Source: Minisyncoccota bacterium (GTDB lineage Bacteria > Patescibacteriota > Minisyncoccia > Phycocordibacterales > UBA6065). From it: 64,000 nucleotides of DNA. Under the pieces are notes generated by a model. That model ran no database searches, had not been told where the DNA came from, and was given only the letters and a program-made list of their open reading frames with translations. The DNA is taken from the NCBI GenBank assembly GCA_041661645.1, contig JBAZUA010000004.1, positions 69,067-133,066 of the forward strand, read 5' to 3'. Shown here in pieces: positions 1 to 10,885 of this stretch. The stretch's first letter is position 1. Every line of letters begins with the position of its first letter. A program made the translations under genes and the position numbers.

Positions 1-168
1 GACGATGAACTCGCCAAAGCTGATGAAGGGGAGGGTCTTCTGGAGGAGCGCGGCGACCAGGGGGTTCGCGGGGCTCTCGTTCACGAGCTTGAGCGTGCCG
101 AACCAGACATAGACGACGAAGAGGGCGAAGCGCGAAAAAGAGTACGAGAATTTTTCCTGCGAGTTCAT
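1..168 (-). CDS. DoxX/DUF417-like membrane protein, N-terminal part (runs off window start)
   Basis: Manual translation from CAT at 166-168: MNSQEKFSYSFSRFALFVVYVWFGTLKLVNESPANPLV..., with an R-x-A-L...WFG-x-LK pattern. Confidence 0.6.
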   Translation of the reverse strand, partial: MNSQEKFSYSFSRFALFVVYVWFGTLKLVNESPANPLVAALLQKTLPFISFGEFIV

Positions 169-257
169 GCGTCTAGTATACAGGGCATTGTCGCGGGAGA
201 AAAATGCGGCGCTTGCCACGCTGTTTGCCGGGGTGTAGTCTCTGGCTAGAAATAACC

Positions 258-692
258 ATGAACATCATCGAATTGGATATGCGGTTTTACGGGAAGACTA
301 AGGGCAGGAAAGAGTTTCTCAAATGCCTCGCGCTGGATCTCGGTGAGTTTCTCGGCCCATGCTTCGATGGCCACGAGAACGGCGCGATCATGTTCTTCAG
401 GGAGATGATCAAGAACATCTATGACCATGCCGACGGCAAGGGCAGGGCTAGGTTTGCCAAAGAGGCGACGGGCATTCGCTTTAGGATCGAGGATTTCGGG
501 ACGGGCTCGCATGATTTTTTCGCCCTGAGAAGGGGAGGGTCCTCGAAGGCCGGGAATGGAATCAATTCTGGCAAAGGCCTCGGTCTTATCGAGGACATGG
601 CGACAGACCTTCACATTCGGGAGTGGAACATCGACTGCTCGAAGGGCTTCGCCTATTCAGGCCTCTACCCATACGCAAACACCCCCGCATAG
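258..692 (+). CDS. Stand-alone GHKL/HATPase_c domain protein (anti-sigma-factor/RsbW-like)
   Basis: N-box EMIKNIYDH, G1 DFGTG, G2 GKGLGLI; ATG at 258 preferred. Confidence 0.65.
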   Translation: MNIIELDMRFYGKTKGRKEFLKCLALDLGEFLGPCFDGHENGAIMFFREMIKNIYDHADGKGRARFAKEATGIRFRIEDFGTGSHDFFALRRGGSSKAGNGINSGKGLGLIEDMATDLHIREWNIDCSKGFAYSGLYPYANTPA

Positions 693-726
693 GCGAGGGT
701 TGTTTTTTATGTGCTAAAGTAAACTT

Positions 727-1041
727 ATGAAAAAAGAAGAATCCCAATTCGGAATGACCGGGCCAGATAACACTCCTGTGGGTCTTGTCGAGAGGGAGGG
801 CTCGCTTTTAAGGGGAATGACTGACACTGCAAACAAGCCTCTGTGGGTTAGGGTTTTATCAATTATTCTTTTCGTTTTCTGTTTGGTGGTTCCAGGGATA
901 TTTTTTATTTTTGTGGCGCTTGTCGCGTATAAAGAGGGTGGCATTATGGGAACCTTGATGCCTCTCGGCATCGGCCTATTGATAACTCTCGCTGGCTTGG
1001 CTGGTCTAAAGGCTAACTTTAAAAAGAGAATTACAAAATAG
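727..1041 (+). CDS. Small two-TM membrane protein
   Basis: Two hydrophobic stretches; AT-rich; TGcTAAAGT just upstream of the ATG. Confidence 0.65.
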   Translation: MKKEESQFGMTGPDNTPVGLVEREGSLLRGMTDTANKPLWVRVLSIILFVFCLVVPGIFFIFVALVAYKEGGIMGTLMPLGIGLLITLAGLAGLKANFKKRITK

Positions 1042-1173
1042 AAGGGATTTGCTCGTTGGTCACGGATAGTTTTCTCACCGTCGTTCGAAAACTTCCTCGA
1101 CCCCGGCTCGCGGTCTCGCCTGATGGCTCGACATTCGCTCCGCCTTTCAACTCGCGCCATCTCTTCTAATCAG

Positions 1174-1214
1174 ACAATCAAAAAGGCTCCCGAAAGGGGA
1201 GCCTTTTTGATTGT
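1174..1214. terminator. Intrinsic terminator of ssrA (18 bp perfect stem)
   Basis: acaatcaaaaaggctccc-gaaag-gggagcctttttgattgt. Confidence 0.85.
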
Positions 1215-1216
1215 TG

Positions 1217-1617
1217 TGGAGATGGCGCGAGTTGAACGCGCGTGCACATGATCTTTCCCGATGCTTCTACGCGATGTAGTCCGTCTTTGCCCCGCGAGGG
1301 GCTTTAGGAAAAGATGCTTTAAGACTGACAGAACGCACCTCTTCCGATTCCCATGCCGCTTTTGAGGGCGGATTCGCTACCCCTCTCGAGAAGAAAGGGG
1401 GGGGCTAGACCGGAGGTATAACATTGGGGTCTCCCGTGCCGGTCGCACAAGAGGTCAACGTCGCTTAGGCTATTGCGTAAGCGAATGAGAAATCTGCTGC
1501 CGTGAAATACGGCGAAGTGGAAGATTTTGCATTTGATGTTTGGGGCAGTTTGAAGAGTTACTCCAGCTCTATCGCGCGCGAAGGGAAGGGAATCACATGT
1601 CGAAGCCCGTCATCCCC
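1217..1617 (-). ncRNA. ssrA: tmRNA; tag peptide AKSSTSPYFTAADFSFAYAIA* (1530-1465)
   Basis: 5' GGGGATGACGGGCTTCGACA; 3' GCGCGTTCAACTCGCGCCATCTCCA; tag ORF begins at a GCA resume codon and ends AYAIA; directly downstream of smpB. Confidence 0.92.
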
Positions 1618-1643
1618 ATATATTTGCCGGACCGATGTCCGCG

Positions 1644-2087
1644 CTATTCGTATTTCAATGTTCTCTGGCTCTCGCGGTCGCTCTCGCGCCTCTTGATGCT
1701 CTGGCGCTTGTCGAACTCCTTCTTGCCGCGGGCGACCGCTATGTCCACCTTGACCACTCGGCCCTTATTATACACCTTAATTGGCACTATTGTCAACCCA
1801 CGTCCGGCCTCGAGATTCGCCAGCTTGTTGAGCTCTGCCTTGTTCAAAAGGAGCTTACGGACGCGGAGGGGGTCATAGTCCTTGGGGGTGTTGGCGACCT
1901 GATAGGGAGGGATGTTCAGCTGTATGAGAAAGCCCTCGCCGCCGCGGATGATGACGTGCGCGCCCTCCAGGGTTGCGCCGTGGGCGCGCAGGGACTTTAC
2001 CTCGAGCCCGAGCAGCTCGATGCCCGCCTCGAATGATTCGAGGATCTCGTAGTCATAGAACGCCTTTTTGTTCTCTGCCAGGGCCAT
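1644..2087 (-). CDS. smpB: SsrA-binding protein SmpB
   Basis: NKKAFYDY..EAGIELLGLEVKSLR, RKLLL, GKKEFDKR motifs. Confidence 0.97.
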   Translation of the reverse strand: MALAENKKAFYDYEILESFEAGIELLGLEVKSLRAHGATLEGAHVIIRGGEGFLIQLNIPPYQVANTPKDYDPLRVRKLLLNKAELNKLANLEAGRGLTIVPIKVYNKGRVVKVDIAVARGKKEFDKRQSIKRRESDRESQRTLKYE

Positions 2088-2133
2088 GAATCCTATGCTA
2101 TCACATTCGACGGTTCTGCTATACTATCGACAT

Positions 2134-4068
<1,935 letters not shown>

Positions 4069-4106
4069 CCGCGGCCCTGGAGGTTTTTGAGGCAAAAAAG
4101 CACCAC

Positions 4107-4535
4107 CTAGATGAGGTGGTGCTTGTGTTCGAGAGCGAGGAGCGCGGTCCAGGTCTCGGCAGACTGATCGTCGTCCAGGAGCTGTTCGAAGGGTATCCAG
4201 ATTGCCGTGTGGGGGTTTTTGACTCGACATCTCTCGTCGACGAATTCGGCACAGGCCCACACGTCTATCGTTCCTTTGCCGTGGGAGAGGCGCATTGGCG
4301 CGTATGCCGTAAAGGTCCTCCGGAACGCGAGCTCATCCTCGATGTATGTGTTTCGTATGTCGAGGGCGACCGCCTCGGCCTGGGCGTTTCTTGGCAGTGG
4401 CGCGTTGGGAAGCCAGAGCGACTCTTGGCTGCCCCTGACCTTTTTTATGCAGAGGACTCTGTGATGATCCACGCGAAGTCCGACGAAGACGACTATCGAT
4501 TCATGAAGGATCGGGGGAAGCTTTTTCAGTTTCAT
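4107..4535 (-). CDS. Hypothetical protein, possibly a degenerate Nudix fold
   Basis: VLCIKK...WLP...AEAVA...WIPFEQL spacing resembles Nudix proteins, but the Nudix box is absent. Confidence 0.45.
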   Translation of the reverse strand: MKLKKLPPILHESIVVFVGLRVDHHRVLCIKKVRGSQESLWLPNAPLPRNAQAEAVALDIRNTYIEDELAFRRTFTAYAPMRLSHGKGTIDVWACAEFVDERCRVKNPHTAIWIPFEQLLDDDQSAETWTALLALEHKHHLI

Positions 4536-4737
4536 GTCAGTTGATTGCTGAACGGTGGAGTTTCGAAATCTGGTATAAGTATACTCCTCAACGCTCCGTG
4601 CGCCACGTCATTCGACAATATGATTTTTCTCACCTGTAATGAGCCTGACATGAACCATTTTACCCGCCCGAAACGTATTATCGAGCAGGGGGATATGTCT
4701 CGACGTTCCCTCTTGGTTGCGGACCCATCGTCACAAC

Positions 4738-4766
4738 AAGCCCCGACCCGACCTCGGGGCTTTTTC
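4738..4766 (+). terminator. Intrinsic terminator-like hairpin
   Basis: aagccccga...tcggggctttttt. Confidence 0.55.
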
Positions 4767-4825
4767 GTTGTCTGGGTCGCGGGGCTGTTGTGCGGAGGGC
4801 CTCCGTAGTTTAGTATAGCCAGTAT

Positions 4826-4899
4826 GCGCCCATAGCTCAGTTGGTTAGAGCACAGAGCTTATACCTCTGGGGTCCATGGTTCGAGTCCATGTGGGCGCA
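4826..4899 (+). tRNA. tRNA-Ile(UAU)
   Basis: Acceptor gcgccca/tgggcgc; anticodon stem cagag/ctctg with loop ctTATac; T-arm catgg-ttcgagt-ccatg; CCA not encoded. Confidence 0.9.
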
Positions 4900-4922
4900 C
4901 TGTTAAGCTAACATAGATTCAA

Positions 4923-5672
4923 ATGGACAAGACGGTCTCTGACAATGAAAAGACTTGGGATATCGTAGCGGATCAATTTTTTGAGGCTTCCGCTTTGCCC
5001 GTATGGGGGCCCTTTGATGTGGGACGCGACCTGAATTTGATTCCCGATATAAAAAACAGGACTTTCCTTGAAGTTGGTTGTGGCAGTGGGAGGTCGATAA
5101 AATATCTCCTTAAGCAAGGTGCCGAGAAGGTGTACGGACTCGACCTCTCGCAGAGACAGCTGGACGAGGCTACTCGGTATAATAAGACAAGCGTCGATCA
5201 AGGGAAGGTCGTTCTGATTAAGGGCCCGATGGAGGAAAAGATTGATATCGAACCAGTTGACGTCGTCTGTTCTATATACGCCATCGGCTGGACTCCTGAT
5301 CCCAAGGCTACCTTTAAGAGTATTTATTCGTATTTGAAACCAGGCGGGCTTTTCATCTGGAGTTGGGATCATAGCTTTTTCTCAGATGTCAGGTATGAGG
5401 ACGGAAGGTGTGTCGTTGTTCGTTCTTACCATGATGAGAAGACGGTCACGCTGAGGAACTGGAAAAACTCGGGTGCTGATGCATATATTACCTACAGAAA
5501 GACGTCGACATGGTTTCAGTTGTTGAGAGAGGCCGGGTTTGAGGTTGTCGGATACCATGAGCCTGCGGCAGGCAGTTCTGACAAAATTTATGATGATCCC
5601 GTAAGATATTATTCCATCCAGAAAGCAGAGAAGGTGCCCTCAAGCTTTATTTTTGTCTGCAGAAAAAATTGA
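4923..5672 (+). CDS. Class I SAM-dependent methyltransferase
   Basis: LEVGCGSG, YGLDLS, LKPGGLF motifs. Confidence 0.9.
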   Translation: MDKTVSDNEKTWDIVADQFFEASALPVWGPFDVGRDLNLIPDIKNRTFLEVGCGSGRSIKYLLKQGAEKVYGLDLSQRQLDEATRYNKTSVDQGKVVLIKGPMEEKIDIEPVDVVCSIYAIGWTPDPKATFKSIYSYLKPGGLFIWSWDHSFFSDVRYEDGRCVVVRSYHDEKTVTLRNWKNSGADAYITYRKTSTWFQLLREAGFEVVGYHEPAAGSSDKIYDDPVRYYSIQKAEKVPSSFIFVCRKN

Positions 5673-5831
5673 GGACGCAAAATCACGGGATGTCGTCTGA
5701 CGGGCCTGAGGCTTATAGCCGACACGGCACCCTCTTTCACTTGCGGTTTTAATATATTGTGGTATAAAGAGTTCATAAGCTCTTTGCCACAACGGTAGAG
5801 ACTTTTCAACCTCAAAGAAAGGAGGCCCGCG

Positions 5832-6479
5832 ATGAGACACATCGTAGCCCTGATGGCGCTTTTCAGCGTCTTGTCGGTACCGAGTCGGGCCCTTGTGCTC
5901 CAGTACTCGTTTTCAGGTACGTTCTCGAGTTCTGATTTTTCCTCGATTCTGGTTGGGGACTCGTTCTCCGACATGGTCACCATCGACTATTCCGCGCCGG
6001 CGGTCAATTCTGCGGGGGTCGATTTTACCTTCGCCGTCACGTTCGTCGGCGGTATGACGGGAGGCTCGGTGATTCTTGGCAACGGCACCTCGTGGGGCAC
6101 AGGTCAAAATTCACCATACATGGAGAGCGACGCTCAGACTGATCCGTTCTTCCTGTTCCCGATCATCCTGACGCCGACGTCCCTGATTATCGATGGCTTC
6201 GAGATCAACGACGTGAACGTTCAGATTCCGGTCGGAAATGCCTTTAACATGGGCACTGGCGGAACGATGTCCCATTATTTCCCCAACACGGGAGAGCTGC
6301 CTGATTTGGTTGGCGGGTGGTTTGTCATAAACCACCGTGATGGGTCGGGCGGCATCATTGCCGAGGCATATGGGGATATCACAAGTGCCTCTGTCACGGT
6401 AATCCCCGAGTCTTCCTCCTGTGCCTTGGCCTTTGGCGTCCTGGCCCTGGTCGCGATGTGTATTCGCCGCCGTCCGTGA
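5832..6479 (+). CDS. Secreted protein with a PEP-CTERM-like sorting signal
   Basis: Signal peptide; C-terminal VIPESSS + hydrophobic helix + RRR; AGGAGG RBS upstream. Confidence 0.75.
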   Translation: MRHIVALMALFSVLSVPSRALVLQYSFSGTFSSSDFSSILVGDSFSDMVTIDYSAPAVNSAGVDFTFAVTFVGGMTGGSVILGNGTSWGTGQNSPYMESDAQTDPFFLFPIILTPTSLIIDGFEINDVNVQIPVGNAFNMGTGGTMSHYFPNTGELPDLVGGWFVINHRDGSGGIIAEAYGDITSASVTVIPESSSCALAFGVLALVAMCIRRRP

Positions 6480-6508
6480 TTCATCAGATCCATGTGGTCC
6501 CATCAGTT

Positions 6509-6548
6509 CAAGCCGCCCTCGAGTTTAACTCGGGAGGCGGCTTTTTTA
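6509..6548. terminator. Terminator between convergent PEP-CTERM-like gene and recG
   Basis: aagccgccctcgagtt-ta-actcgggaggcggctttttt. Confidence 0.7.
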
Positions 6549-8729
6549 TTCGAAATGTATTCTTTGCTTCTCGCGGCGGGACAGTTCCTCGCGGACGAGG
6601 GGCAGGGCGGCGAGCGTATCGTCAGCCTCGACGAGCCGCAATGCCTCGGCGCGAGCCGCCTCCACCATTTTTATATTTTGAATTGCTTCCATGGCCACGT
6701 CGCTCACGCCCCATTGCTTCTTTCCATATAATTGTCCGGTGCCTCTAAATTTCAGATCAAACTCAGCCAATTCAAATCCATTCTTTGCCGTGGTCAGGGC
6801 CTTCAGTCGGTCCAGGGTCTTGTCGCCCTTGCTCTCGGAGAACAGGAAGCAGTGTGCCTGATGATTCGAGCGCACGACGCGCCCGCGCAGCTGGTGCAGT
6901 TGGGAGAGTCCGAACCTCTCCGCGCCTTCAATAAGTATCACCGTGGCATTGGGTACGTTCACCCCGACCTCGACCACTGACGTCGCCACCAGGATGTGTA
7001 TCTTGCCCGCCTTGAACTCCATCATGACCCGCTCCTTTTCCGCATCCTTCATCTTTCCGTGCAGGACGCCTATCTCGTACTCCCTGAACACGCTTTTCTT
7101 GAGCCTCTTCGCCTCCTCGACGACCGATTTCGAGAGCAGGGCGTTCTCCATGGTCGGGTCTGGCTCGTCGATGCGGGCGCAGATGACATAGGCCTGACGT
7201 CCGTCTGCGAGTTCGCGGCGCATCTTCTCGTACATGGCGTCGCGGGTGGATGGAATGACTACCTCGGTGATGATGGGTTTGCGTCCTACGGGCATTTGAT
7301 CGAGCAGGGTAAGGTCGAGGTCTCCGTATATGGTCAGGGCCAAGGTGCGGGGGATGGGGGTTGCCGTCATGGAAAGCAGGTGCGGGTGAATCTTGTCCTT
7401 GCGCACGAGTTTCTGCCTTTGCGCAGTTCCGAAGCGATGCTGCTCGTCGATGATGACATAGGCGAGGTTCTTGAACTCGACGCTTTTCTGTATGAGAGCA
7501 TGGGTGCCGATGAGTATCGATATCTCGCCCGATGCCACCCATTTTAAAAGCTGTGACCTCGATATGTCGGTCCAGTCCTGTCTAACGCCATTTCGAATGG
7601 TTGCGACCTTGGCGGGAAACTTGCGACAACCCGATCCTGTGATGAGGGCGATATTGATGGGGAGATGCCTGAAATATTCGATGAAGGACTCGAAATGCTG
7701 GGTGGCGAGTATTTCCGTCGGGGCCATATAGGCGACCTGAAGCGTCCCATAATCCTGCCCACGTGGTCGCGTCATAATCGCCGCATATGCGGTGGTGGCG
7801 GCCACGGCGGTCTTGCCCGACCCCACGTCTCCCTCGAGCAGGCGCGACATGGCATGGCCTTTCTTGAAGTCGGCGAGCACGTCGGCGGTGGCCTTTGCCT
7901 GCGCCTCGGTCATGGCAAAGGGGAAGCGTGACAGGAATCTGTCCACGACCTCTTTCGTTGGCTCGATGACGAAGGCGGGATTCTTCTTCCATTCCTTTCT
8001 CTCCCTCTGTCGCTCGAGCTGTATGTAGAAGATCTCCTCGAAGGCGAATCGTTTGCGGGCCGCCGTGGCGTCGCCCTCCTTTTGCGGTGCGTGTATCCAG
8101 ATGATGGCGGTCGTGATGGTGGGCAGATTGTATTTCTCGAGAATGTCGGCGGGCAGGGACTCTCGCATTGTGTCGAGTATGCCGCTCTTCAATATCTTCT
8201 GCACGGCATGATACATCCAGTTCGAGGTGATGCCTCGGGACTCGGGATATACGGGATAGAGGGTGTGCGACGGGCCGTCCTCGCCGAACAAAGAGCCTGC
8301 TGTGGCCGACGGCATTCTGTCGATGCGCTCGATCTGGGGATTGGAAAGGTAGAGCTCACCGTCCTTCTTGCGGGCGGACACCTTTCCCTCGACGCGGACT
8401 ATGGCGCCCTCGGGGATCATCTTGGCGAGATAGGGCTGATTGAACCAGACGGCCTTGATATGGCCGGTCTCGTCCGAAATCTGCCCGTCGGCCATGGCAA
8501 TCTTGGTCCTAAAGCCCTTGGACATCTTGAGCTTGGACACCGTGCCGAATATGACGGCGCTGTCGCCGGCGGAAAGTGCGCCGATGCTCTTTGACGCCGA
8601 GGCGTCTCCATAGCGGGCGGGGAAGTGATAGAGCAGGTCTTCGATGGTGACGATGCCCATACGTCTCAAGGCCTCCTTCTGGGGGAGCTGAAGGCGGAAG
8701 TGTTCCTCGACGCGGGAGTGGGGATACAT
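6546..8729 (-). CDS. recG: ATP-dependent DNA helicase RecG
   Basis: Wedge domain WFNQPYL; LLEGDVGSGKT; DEQHRFG; MTATPIPRTL; HQLRGRV; start at 8729 preferred. Confidence 0.96.
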   Translation of the reverse strand: MYPHSRVEEHFRLQLPQKEALRRMGIVTIEDLLYHFPARYGDASASKSIGALSAGDSAVIFGTVSKLKMSKGFRTKIAMADGQISDETGHIKAVWFNQPYLAKMIPEGAIVRVEGKVSARKKDGELYLSNPQIERIDRMPSATAGSLFGEDGPSHTLYPVYPESRGITSNWMYHAVQKILKSGILDTMRESLPADILEKYNLPTITTAIIWIHAPQKEGDATAARKRFAFEEIFYIQLERQRERKEWKKNPAFVIEPTKEVVDRFLSRFPFAMTEAQAKATADVLADFKKGHAMSRLLEGDVGSGKTAVAATTAYAAIMTRPRGQDYGTLQVAYMAPTEILATQHFESFIEYFRHLPINIALITGSGCRKFPAKVATIRNGVRQDWTDISRSQLLKWVASGEISILIGTHALIQKSVEFKNLAYVIIDEQHRFGTAQRQKLVRKDKIHPHLLSMTATPIPRTLALTIYGDLDLTLLDQMPVGRKPIITEVVIPSTRDAMYEKMRRELADGRQAYVICARIDEPDPTMENALLSKSVVEEAKRLKKSVFREYEIGVLHGKMKDAEKERVMMEFKAGKIHILVATSVVEVGVNVPNATVILIEGAERFGLSQLHQLRGRVVRSNHQAHCFLFSESKGDKTLDRLKALTTAKNGFELAEFDLKFRGTGQLYGKKQWGVSDVAMEAIQNIKMVEAARAEALRLVEADDTLAALPLVREELSRREKQRIHFE

Positions 8730-8777
8730 GTGAGGTATTGTATCATCGTGATAAACTGGAAGCACAACACATCATTC

Positions 8778-9671
8778 GTGGATACGCTCAAAAAAATAGC
8801 CCTAATCATCATAATCATTGCCTCGGGAGCGACCTCTTTCTACATATGGAACAAGAAGCCCTGCGACTCTCCCATAACATACAGGCTGGGCACGTGGAGT
8901 GATAAATTCGGCGTGAGCAAGGCGGATTTCCTGAAGGCGGCGGCCGATGCCGGGGCTCTCTGGGATGAGGCGGCAGGCAAGACGCTATTCGTCTATGACC
9001 CGTCAGGTGATATTTCCGTCAACCTGGTCTATGACGGGCGTCAGGAGGCGACAGATCGAAGCAAGGTACTTGAGTCAAGGATAGGGAAGGTCGGACAGTC
9101 GGCGGAATCGGTGAAGGCCGACCTCGATACCCTCAGGGCTCGCTATGAAAAGGCGAGCGAGGCATACAAGCTGTCTGTCTCGGCATTCAAGAAGGAGCAG
9201 GAGGACCTTTCATCGCAGGTCTCGTATTGGAACGAGAGGGGAGGGGCGCCGAGCAAGGAATATGACAAGCTCGTGAGCGCCGAGACCGCCCTCAAGCAGT
9301 CTCTCGTGTCGCTCGAGGCCGAGCGCCTCGCGGTCAACGGCCTTTCGGATCAGGTCTCGGCTCTCGTCGACGCCTATAACGGTCTCGTTAGGAACATAAA
9401 TTCAAATGTCGATGCGGTGAACAAGTTGTCAGATAGGGAGTTCGAGCAGGGACAGTATGTTTCGAGCGCGAGCGGACAGGAGATAGATGTCTATCAGTTC
9501 GCCGATAGGACAAAGCTCGTGCGCGTTCTGGCGCACGAGCTCGGGCATGCTCTTGGAATCGAGCATAACGATGATCCTGAGTCGATTATGTACTATCTGG
9601 ACAAAGGGAAGAGCCTGGTGCTTTCAGTCGCCGACGAGGCGAGCCTTGGGCTTGCTTGCGGAATGAAGTAG
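8778..9671 (+). CDS. Membrane-anchored matrixin-family (metzincin) metalloprotease with a coiled-coil insert
   Basis: N-terminal TM; HELGHALGIEH zinc motif; Met-turn SIMY; GTG start assumed. Confidence 0.8.
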   Translation: MDTLKKIALIIIIIASGATSFYIWNKKPCDSPITYRLGTWSDKFGVSKADFLKAAADAGALWDEAAGKTLFVYDPSGDISVNLVYDGRQEATDRSKVLESRIGKVGQSAESVKADLDTLRARYEKASEAYKLSVSAFKKEQEDLSSQVSYWNERGGAPSKEYDKLVSAETALKQSLVSLEAERLAVNGLSDQVSALVDAYNGLVRNINSNVDAVNKLSDREFEQGQYVSSASGQEIDVYQFADRTKLVRVLAHELGHALGIEHNDDPESIMYYLDKGKSLVLSVADEASLGLACGMK

Positions 9672-9674
9672 GGG

Positions 9675-9974
9675 CTACTTGAGGAGGTCAGCAGGGTAAT
9701 TGACGCCGGCGTTTGAGGCGGTCGAGGTACCGGTAGGGCAGACGAACTGGCAGTTTGGTCCGGTTCGGCCGACATAGGTTCCGTTAGGGCACATCTTTGC
9801 GTCCATGGTGCAGGCTACCGCGCTGTTCGTGCCGGTGGCCGCGTTGTTCGCAATGTCGGTGGTTGAGGGCGTGCCGGTGCCCGAGAACATGAAGTATGCC
9901 CCGACTCCGACAAGGACGATGCCCGCCGCCCAAAGACCCATCTTTGCTCCCGCGCTCATTGTTTTTGGTTCCAT
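9675..9974 (-). CDS. Small membrane-anchored protein with a Cys-rich ACTxDAKxCPxGxxVGRxGPxC motif
   Basis: One TM, a S/T-rich linker and a 4-Cys motif. Confidence 0.75.
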   Translation of the reverse strand: MEPKTMSAGAKMGLWAAGIVLVGVGAYFMFSGTGTPSTTDIANNAATGTNSAVACTMDAKMCPNGTYVGRTGPNCQFVCPTGTSTASNAGVNYPADLLK

Positions 9975-9996
9975 AAATGCTGTGATTATACTGTTA

Positions 9997-10833
9997 TTAC
10001 GTTATTGATATGATGTTTCTTTTGACCGAGACGAAACCCTCCATTTTCAGATCGTCGAGGTTCCTCTGTATGTCTGCCTTCTCCTTGCCCAGAGCGACGA
10101 AGTGTTCGATGACCAGTTTTTGCCTCCGGGGTCCTTTCATGACGAACTGAAGCAGGTTGGAGCGCAATTCACGATTCGAGCCCTTGAAGGGGGACTGTCT
10201 GGCGTGATGGGCGCTTTTACGAGACGGGTTCGGCAGACTTGACTTGAGATGGACCCCGTAGTCCATGAGCGCATAGTACCACACCCTCGGATTTAATGTG
10301 TCGAGGGTCTTTTCGATGAGGGGCATGAGCTCCTTGTCGGTGACGGTGCCCCTTTTCGACGCGGGGGACGATTTTTTGCCCGCAAAGAAGCAGTGTATAT
10401 AGACCGCGCGGATATTTGTCTCTATGAATGGCGTGGCGATGCCGAAGGCGAAGGCGAGAAGGGCGCCGCGCGTCGACTGCCCGATGCCGGGGAGGGCCTC
10501 CAGCTGCGCGGCGTCCCGCGGAAACTTTCCGCCATGCTCGGCAACGATCGCCTGGGCCGCCCGTCGCAGGTTCAGCGCCCGACGATTGTATCCGAGGCCT
10601 TTCCAGACCGAGAGGAGGGACACCGTCGGCGCGGCGGCAAGGTCGCTGACTGTCGGGAACGCGGCCAGGAACTCATTGTATTTGTGAAGCACCCTGGCCA
10701 CCTGCGTCTGCTGGAGCATTATCTCGGACACGAGGATTCTGTACGGGTCATGGGTTTTTCGCCATGGCAAATCGTGTCGGCCGTGGGCCGCATGATGGTC
10801 GAGAATCATTTTCCTGAATGTCGCCGTTCTCAT
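9997..10833 (-). CDS. mutY: A/G-specific adenine glycosylase (MutY-like, HhH-GPD) without the Fe-S motif
   Basis: LPWR, VSEIMLQQTQV, WKGLGYNRRA, LPGIG; no CX6CX2CX5C. Confidence 0.85.
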   Translation of the reverse strand: MRTATFRKMILDHHAAHGRHDLPWRKTHDPYRILVSEIMLQQTQVARVLHKYNEFLAAFPTVSDLAAAPTVSLLSVWKGLGYNRRALNLRRAAQAIVAEHGGKFPRDAAQLEALPGIGQSTRGALLAFAFGIATPFIETNIRAVYIHCFFAGKKSSPASKRGTVTDKELMPLIEKTLDTLNPRVWYYALMDYGVHLKSSLPNPSRKSAHHARQSPFKGSNRELRSNLLQFVMKGPRRQKLVIEHFVALGKEKADIQRNLDDLKMEGFVSVKRNIISIT

Positions 10834-10848
10834 GTCGTCTACTGTACT

Positions 10849-10879
10849 AAAAAGCCGGCGACTTGGGAAAGTCGCCGGC
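10849..10879 (-). terminator. Intrinsic terminator
   Basis: gccggcgactt/aagtcgccggc stem followed by a U-tract on the minus strand. Confidence 0.7.
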
Positions 10880-10885
10880 AGATAT

